13,686 bases of DNA from Epithemia pelagica (lineage: Eukaryota > Protista > Bacillariophyta), in the NCBI GenBank assembly GCA_946965045.2, contig CAMPTO020000003.1, positions 1 to 13,686 on the forward strand, read 5' to 3'. Under the pieces are notes generated by a model. It worked only from the letters and a program-made list of their open reading frames with translations, was not told where the DNA came from and made no database searches. The position numbers and the translations under genes are program-made. The first letter of the stretch is position 1. Each line of letters starts with the position of its first letter. Below are positions 9,732 through 13,686 of the stretch, piece by piece.

Positions 9732-9874
9732 TATATCAAGACGACTGGTCTATGTGCTGTAGCTGGAACATGCGAGACATAGGATGTTCAACAATAAAAA
9801 GAATTTCTGTTTGTGCAAAAATTGTTAGCAAAGGCTGTATGACGTATCGGAATCTTTGCGCCGGCGATGGGTGC
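9732..9874 (+). pseudogene. Decayed C-terminal fragment of a paralogue of the 9211-9710 accessory gene
   Basis: 9744-9779 reads TGLCAVAGTCET. After a frameshift, 9785-9874 reads CSTIKRISVCAKIVSKGCMTYRNLCAGDGC, versus TGLCLAAATSEG...CTTLK...VYVGAKIVSKTCVGFRNACAADGC in the - strand gene. The last 20 residues are 14/20 identical. 9732-9744 is the right copy of the 13-bp direct repeat. Confidence 0.85.
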
Positions 9875-10058
9875 AGTCAAAATTTTGATTCCACAACGAG
9901 TATTTTTCTTAACCCTTAGACTAAATAATTGAAAAAGAAAAAATATTATTAGTCCTAAAAATATCACTCCTAGAACTTTAAAACAAGGTTTTAAGACTGA
10001 TTTTTTCAATTCGAGCTCGAACTGCATTGATACAAACGCGATTCCCTAATCTTAAATG

Positions 10059-10113
10059 ATGAATATGATAATATGCGGGAAATTTCGTCGCATATTATCA
10101 TAGTCATATTCAT
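10059..10113 (-). terminator. Stem-loop downstream of rps10 (end of the ribosomal-protein operon)
   Basis: ATGATAATATGCG (10065-10077) pairs perfectly with CGCATATTATCAT (10089-10101). An outer ATGAAT/ATTCAT pair extends the stem past a 6-nt bulge. It lies 60 nt 3' of the rps10 stop; no strong U-tract. Confidence 0.6.
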
Positions 10114-10173
10114 TCTATTATTTCCAACGCTCTAAAACTACTGTATTTGATCCATCTACATTTAACTTGAAGT

Positions 10174-10497
10174 TTAAGATAAACAAATACGATAGAAAAC
10201 TCCTGATGGCAAATCTGCTTCTGATAATAAATCAAAAATAGGTACCTCTGAGTCATAATAAATTTCTAAAATTCGTTTATGAATACGAATTTCAAAATGT
10301 TCTCTTGAATCTTTATCCACATGAGGAGATCGTAAAACACAATAAATACGTTTTTGAGTTGGTAATGAAACTACTCCTACTGAGCTCAAAGCAGTATTTT
10401 GTAAAATGTTTACAATTTTTTGGCATGATGATGCTAAAATCTCATGATTAAAAGATTCCAATCTTACACGAATCTTTGCATCCGTTTTTATTTCCAT
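10174..10497 (-). CDS. rps10: 30S ribosomal protein S10 (uS10)
   Basis: KIRVRLESFNH and LPTQKRIYCVLRSPHVDKDSREHFEIRIHKRIL motifs; follows tufA. Confidence 0.97.
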   Translation of the reverse strand: MEIKTDAKIRVRLESFNHEILASSCQKIVNILQNTALSSVGVVSLPTQKRIYCVLRSPHVDKDSREHFEIRIHKRILEIYYDSEVPIFDLLSEADLPSGVFYRICLS

Positions 10498-10509
10498 AAA
10501 AATTTTTAA

Positions 10510-11739
10510 TTAGTTAACAATTTTAGACACTACACCTGCTCCAATTGTTCGGCCACCTTCACGAATAGCAAAACGCATGCCCTCTTCAATTGCTACAGGA
10601 TAAATTAATTCAGCTGTCATTTTAATACGATCCCCTGGCATTACCATTTCAACGATTGTTCCATCATCGGCAGTAAATTGCGTAATTGCACCTGTAACGT
10701 CAGTAGTTCTTACATAAAATTGTGGTCTATAACCAGTGAAAAATGGTGTATGACGACCACCTTCTTCTTTTGTTAAAACATAAACTTCTGATTCAAAGCT
10801 TGTATGTGGTGTAATTGTACCAGGCTGAGCTAATACCATACCACGTTCAATATTTTCACGTGTTACACCTCGTAATAGAATACCAACATTGTCACCAGCA
10901 AATCCTTCCTCTAATGTTTTTTGGAACATTTCAATACCAGTAATTGTTGTTGTTTGTGTTTCACTAATACCCACAATTTCAACACTATCACCAACTTTAG
11001 CAATACCACGCTCAATTCGACCAGTTGCAACTGTACCACGACCTGTAATTGAAAAAACATCTTCAATCGCCATTAAGAATGTTTTCTCTGTATCACGCTC
11101 TGGAGTTGGAATATAGTCATCTACAGCATCCATTAATGCAAAAATTTTATCAACCCATTCATTTTCTCCTCTTTTAAGACTTGGGTTTGCTGTAATTGCT
11201 TCAATAGCTTGTAAAGCTGAACCTGGACAAATTGGAATATCATCTCCCGGGAAGTCATACGTTGAAAGTAATTCTCGAACTTCTAATTCAACTAATTCTA
11301 ATAATTCCTCGTCATCAACCTGATCTTCTTTATTTAAAAAGACAACGATATTTGGAACCCCTACTTGTTTTGATAATAAAATATGTTCACGAGTTTGTGG
11401 CATAGGACCATCTGCAGCTGACACTACTAAAATAGCGCCATCCATTTGTGCTGCTCCTGTAATCATATTTTTTACATAATCAGCGTGACCTGGACAATCT
11501 ACGTGAGCATAATGTCTATTTTCAGTTTCATATTCAACGTGTGCTGTATTAATTGTAATACCACGTGCTCTTTCTTCTGGTGCACCATCAATATCTGAGT
11601 AATCCTTAGCTACTGCAGTTCCACCTAATGCTAAAGTTGCAGTAATTGCCGCAGTTAATGTTGTTTTTCCGTGATCTACGTGACCAATTGTTCCAATATT
11701 AACATGCGGTTTTGTACGTTCAAATTTTTCACGTGCCAT
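10510..11739 (-). CDS. tufA: Elongation factor Tu, plastid
   Basis: [28 protein letters not shown]-loop, [15 protein letters not shown] and NKED; 409 aa. Confidence 0.99.
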   Translation of the reverse strand: MAREKFERTKPHVNIGTIGHVDHGKTTLTAAITATLALGGTAVAKDYSDIDGAPEERARGITINTAHVEYETENRHYAHVDCPGHADYVKNMITGAAQMDGAILVVSAADGPMPQTREHILLSKQVGVPNIVVFLNKEDQVDDEELLELVELEVRELLSTYDFPGDDIPICPGSALQAIEAITANPSLKRGENEWVDKIFALMDAVDDYIPTPERDTEKTFLMAIEDVFSITGRGTVATGRIERGIAKVGDSVEIVGISETQTTTITGIEMFQKTLEEGFAGDNVGILLRGVTRENIERGMVLAQPGTITPHTSFESEVYVLTKEEGGRHTPFFTGYRPQFYVRTTDVTGAITQFTADDGTIVEMVMPGDRIKMTAELIYPVAIEEGMRFAIREGGRTIGAGVVSKIVN

Positions 11740-11747
11740 TAGAGAAT

Positions 11748-11752
11748 TCCTT
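11748..11752 (-). promoter_or_regulatory. Shine-Dalgarno-like AAGGA upstream of tufA
   Basis: The - strand reads TTAGAAGGAATTCTCTA-ATG. AAGGA lies 8 nt from the start codon and is complementary to the 16S 3' end CCTCCTT. Confidence 0.5.
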
Positions 11753-11810
11753 CTAAGTTTTGTTTGTAATTATTTTTTCTATTTCAGCTTTTAGCGAGAA
11801 TAAAGTTAAA

Positions 11811-12282
11811 TTAATAGCGGAAATGGGCAAAAGCTTTATTTGCTTCTGCCATTTTATGCGTTTCTTCTTTTTTTTTTACAGTATTACCGATATCGTTAGC
11901 TGTGTCAATAATTTCATTCGCTAATTTTATTGCCATACTACGTCCAACTCTTTGATCAGCATATCTAATAATCCAACGTAAAGCTAAATTTGTAGCTCGA
12001 AATCCACTAACTTCAACAGGTACTTGATATGTAGAACCCCCAACTCGTCTAGCTTTTACTTCAACAATAGGACTAGCATTTTTAATTGCTTTTTCAAAAA
12101 TAGTTAATGGATCTTCTTTCGTTTTCTTTTCTATCATATCAAATGCTTGATATACAATATTTCGAGCAATAGTTTTTTTTCCCGATTTTAAAATTCTCGT
12201 AATTAGTAAACTAACTAAATAGCTATTATAAATTGGATCAATTTGAGGAAAACGTTTTTTTTGAAATATTTCTACGAGACAT
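11811..12282 (-). CDS. rps7: 30S ribosomal protein S7 (uS7), with one apparent +1 frameshift in an A8 run at 12255-12262
   Basis: ATG at 12282 gives MSRRNISKK, then one extra A, then [39 protein letters not shown], which joins the track ORF ...[15 protein letters not shown]...[12 protein letters not shown]. Span 472 nt = 157 codons + 1. Confidence 0.95.
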
Positions 12283-12322
12283 GTTAAATTTTCTAAATTA
12301 TCTTTTTATTTAAAAATTAGTT

Positions 12323-12705
12323 TTATTTTTCAGCTTTTGGTTTCTTAACACCATATTTTGAACGACCTTGTGTTCTATCTTTTACTCCCCCAGTATCTAA
12401 AGCACCACGAACAATATGATATCGAACACCAGGTAAATCTTTCACTCGACCTCCTCGAATTAACACTACTGAATGTTCTTGCAAATTATGTCCAATTCCA
12501 GGAATATAAGCTGTAACTTCAAAACCAGAAGTTAATCGTACCCGGGCTACTTTTCTAATTGCTGAATTTGGTTTTTTTTGGAGTGGTTGTATAAACACGT
12601 GTGCAAACCCCACGCCTTTGTGGACAATTTACTAATGCTGGTGATTTTGTTTTTTTTTTTTATTTGTATACGTTGTGAACGAACTAATTGTTGAATAGTT
12701 GGCAT
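12323..12705 (-). CDS. rps12: 30S ribosomal protein S12 (uS12), with two apparent +1 frameshifts in A runs (12650-12661, 12572-12579)
   Basis: ATG at 12705 gives [18 protein letters not shown] [+A] [26 protein letters not shown] [+A] [16 protein letters not shown]...[15 protein letters not shown]. Span 383 nt = 127 codons + 2. Confidence 0.95.
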
Positions 12706-12764
12706 AAAAAGTATTGATTAATAAGTTCTCTTTAATATAATTTAACAAATTTACTTCTAGTAAA

Positions 12765-12983
12765 TTATTGTTCAGGCATATCTAATCGATATTTTTTCAT
12801 GAATTTTTCAACTCGACCTTCACTGTCAATCATAACTTGTGATTTAGTATAAAATGGATGATTTGCTAACCAAATATCTAAATTTAATTCAGATTTTGTG
12901 GAACCAGTTGAACAAAGCGGTTTTCCATCACATAAAACTGGTGTAGCTTTAAACCATTGTGGATGTATATCAGATTTCGGCAT
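12765..12983 (-). CDS. rpl31: 50S ribosomal protein L31 (bL31), 72 aa
   Basis: MPKSDIHPQWF...LDIWLANHPFYTKSQVMIDSEGRVEKFMKKY. The real start is the ATG at 12983; the track's upstream extension overlaps rps9. Confidence 0.93.
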   Translation of the reverse strand: MPKSDIHPQWFKATPVLCDGKPLCSTGSTKSELNLDIWLANHPFYTKSQVMIDSEGRVEKFMKKYRLDMPEQ

Positions 12984-13008
12984 ATTATATAATAAATAAT
13001 TTGAAAAT

Positions 13009-13425
13009 TTAACGTTTTGAATATTGTGGAGCCTTTCTTGCTTTTCGTAAACCATATTTTTTTCTTTCTTTAATTCGTGCATCACGAGTTAAAAAACCAA
13101 ATGGTTTTAAAATTATACGATTTTTTGAATCCATATTACATAGTAGTCTTGCTATTCCTAATTGAATTGCTTGGGCTTGTCCAGTAAGCCCACCTCCATT
13201 AACAATTGCTATAATATCAAATTGTTTTTCTAAGGTTAATTTTTCTAAAGGTGCAAAAACTGTTTTTAAATAAGTATCATTATACTGTAAATATTTTTCA
13301 CCGTTAACCTTATTAATAATAAGGTTTCCTTCTCCTGGCATTAAAAACACTCGTGCAATAGCTTGTTTTCGTTTTCCAAGCCCGATATTAGATTTTTGAA
13401 ATACTAATTCTTTTTGAGACTTCAT
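13009..13425 (-). CDS. rps9: 30S ribosomal protein S9 (uS9)
   Basis: GLGKRKQAIARV, GGGLTGQAQAIQLGIAR and C-terminal FLTRDARIKERKKYGLRKARKAPQYSKR. Confidence 0.98.
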   Translation of the reverse strand: MKSQKELVFQKSNIGLGKRKQAIARVFLMPGEGNLIINKVNGEKYLQYNDTYLKTVFAPLEKLTLEKQFDIIAIVNGGGLTGQAQAIQLGIARLLCNMDSKNRIILKPFGFLTRDARIKERKKYGLRKARKAPQYSKR

Positions 13426-13470
13426 GAATTTACTAATTAAGATTCTTTATAAGTTTGAATTTGATAAGTT

Positions 13471-13686
13471 TTATTTACTAAAACTTGGATGCGAATAAAA
13501 ATTGTCAATATCAATTTTTATTGGATTTTGAGACTCATGATCATGAGTCTGATTATTATAAATACGTAAACGTCTCATTAGACGTTTTGTTTCAGTTTCT
13601 GAAAGCATTCCCTTGACTGCTCTTTGAATAATAAATTTAGGAAGACAGTCTGACACATTTTTAATTTTTAACGCATGACCTGGACG
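13471..13686 (-). CDS. rpl13: 50S ribosomal protein L13 (uL13), C-terminal part; 5' end lies beyond the window
   Basis: The frame is open to the window edge: RPGHALKIKNVSDCLPKFIIQRAVKGMLSETETKRLMRRLRIYNNQTHDHESQNP, matching the uL13 RPG...AVKGML...L.VY...H.H.AQ.P pattern. It lies directly upstream of rps9. Confidence 0.9.
   Translation of the reverse strand, partial: RPGHALKIKNVSDCLPKFIIQRAVKGMLSETETKRLMRRLRIYNNQTHDHESQNPIKIDIDNFYSHPSFSK

Noticed and set aside
8905-10170. Recombinase, transposase, intron or CRISPR array in the accessory island
   Set aside because: No serine or tyrosine recombinase motifs, terminal inverted repeats, intron core or spaced repeats were found. Mobility is only inferred from the arrangement.
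10889-11116. 75-aa + strand ORF
   Set aside because: Antisense shadow of tufA.
12574-12613. Track start [12 protein letters not shown] for rps12
   Set aside because: This is an out-of-frame product of the homopolymer frameshift. The conserved N-terminus starts at 12705.
12984-13085. N-terminal extension of rpl31 in the ORF track
   Set aside because: It overlaps rps9 in another frame. bL31 similarity begins at MPKSDIHP (12983).

Overview
This is AT-rich plastid DNA of the red-algal lineage, almost certainly a diatom, judged from the PsaB, TufA and Ycf89-like proteins and the gene order. On the + strand: 5'-truncated psaB, trnP(UGG), a ycf89-like ORF, and the rRNA operon rrs-trnI(GAU)-trnA(UGC)-rrl-rrf. 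On the - strand: the end of the ribosomal-protein cluster (rpl13 partial, rps9, rpl31, rps12, rps7, tufA, rps10). Between rrf and rps10 lies a ~1.2 kb accessory island (about 8905-10170) that the ORF track does not explain. It holds pieces of one small Gly-zipper-like, Cys-rich protein family. A - strand gene of 163 codons is broken only by an exact 8-bp tandem duplication. It is flanked by + strand remnants of a diverged paralogue (middle part on the left, C-terminal part on the right), with an imperfect 13-bp direct repeat at the junctions, which suggests one paralogue nested inverted inside another. rps12 (twice) and rps7 (once) each carry one extra A in a homopolymer run, most likely sequencing error.
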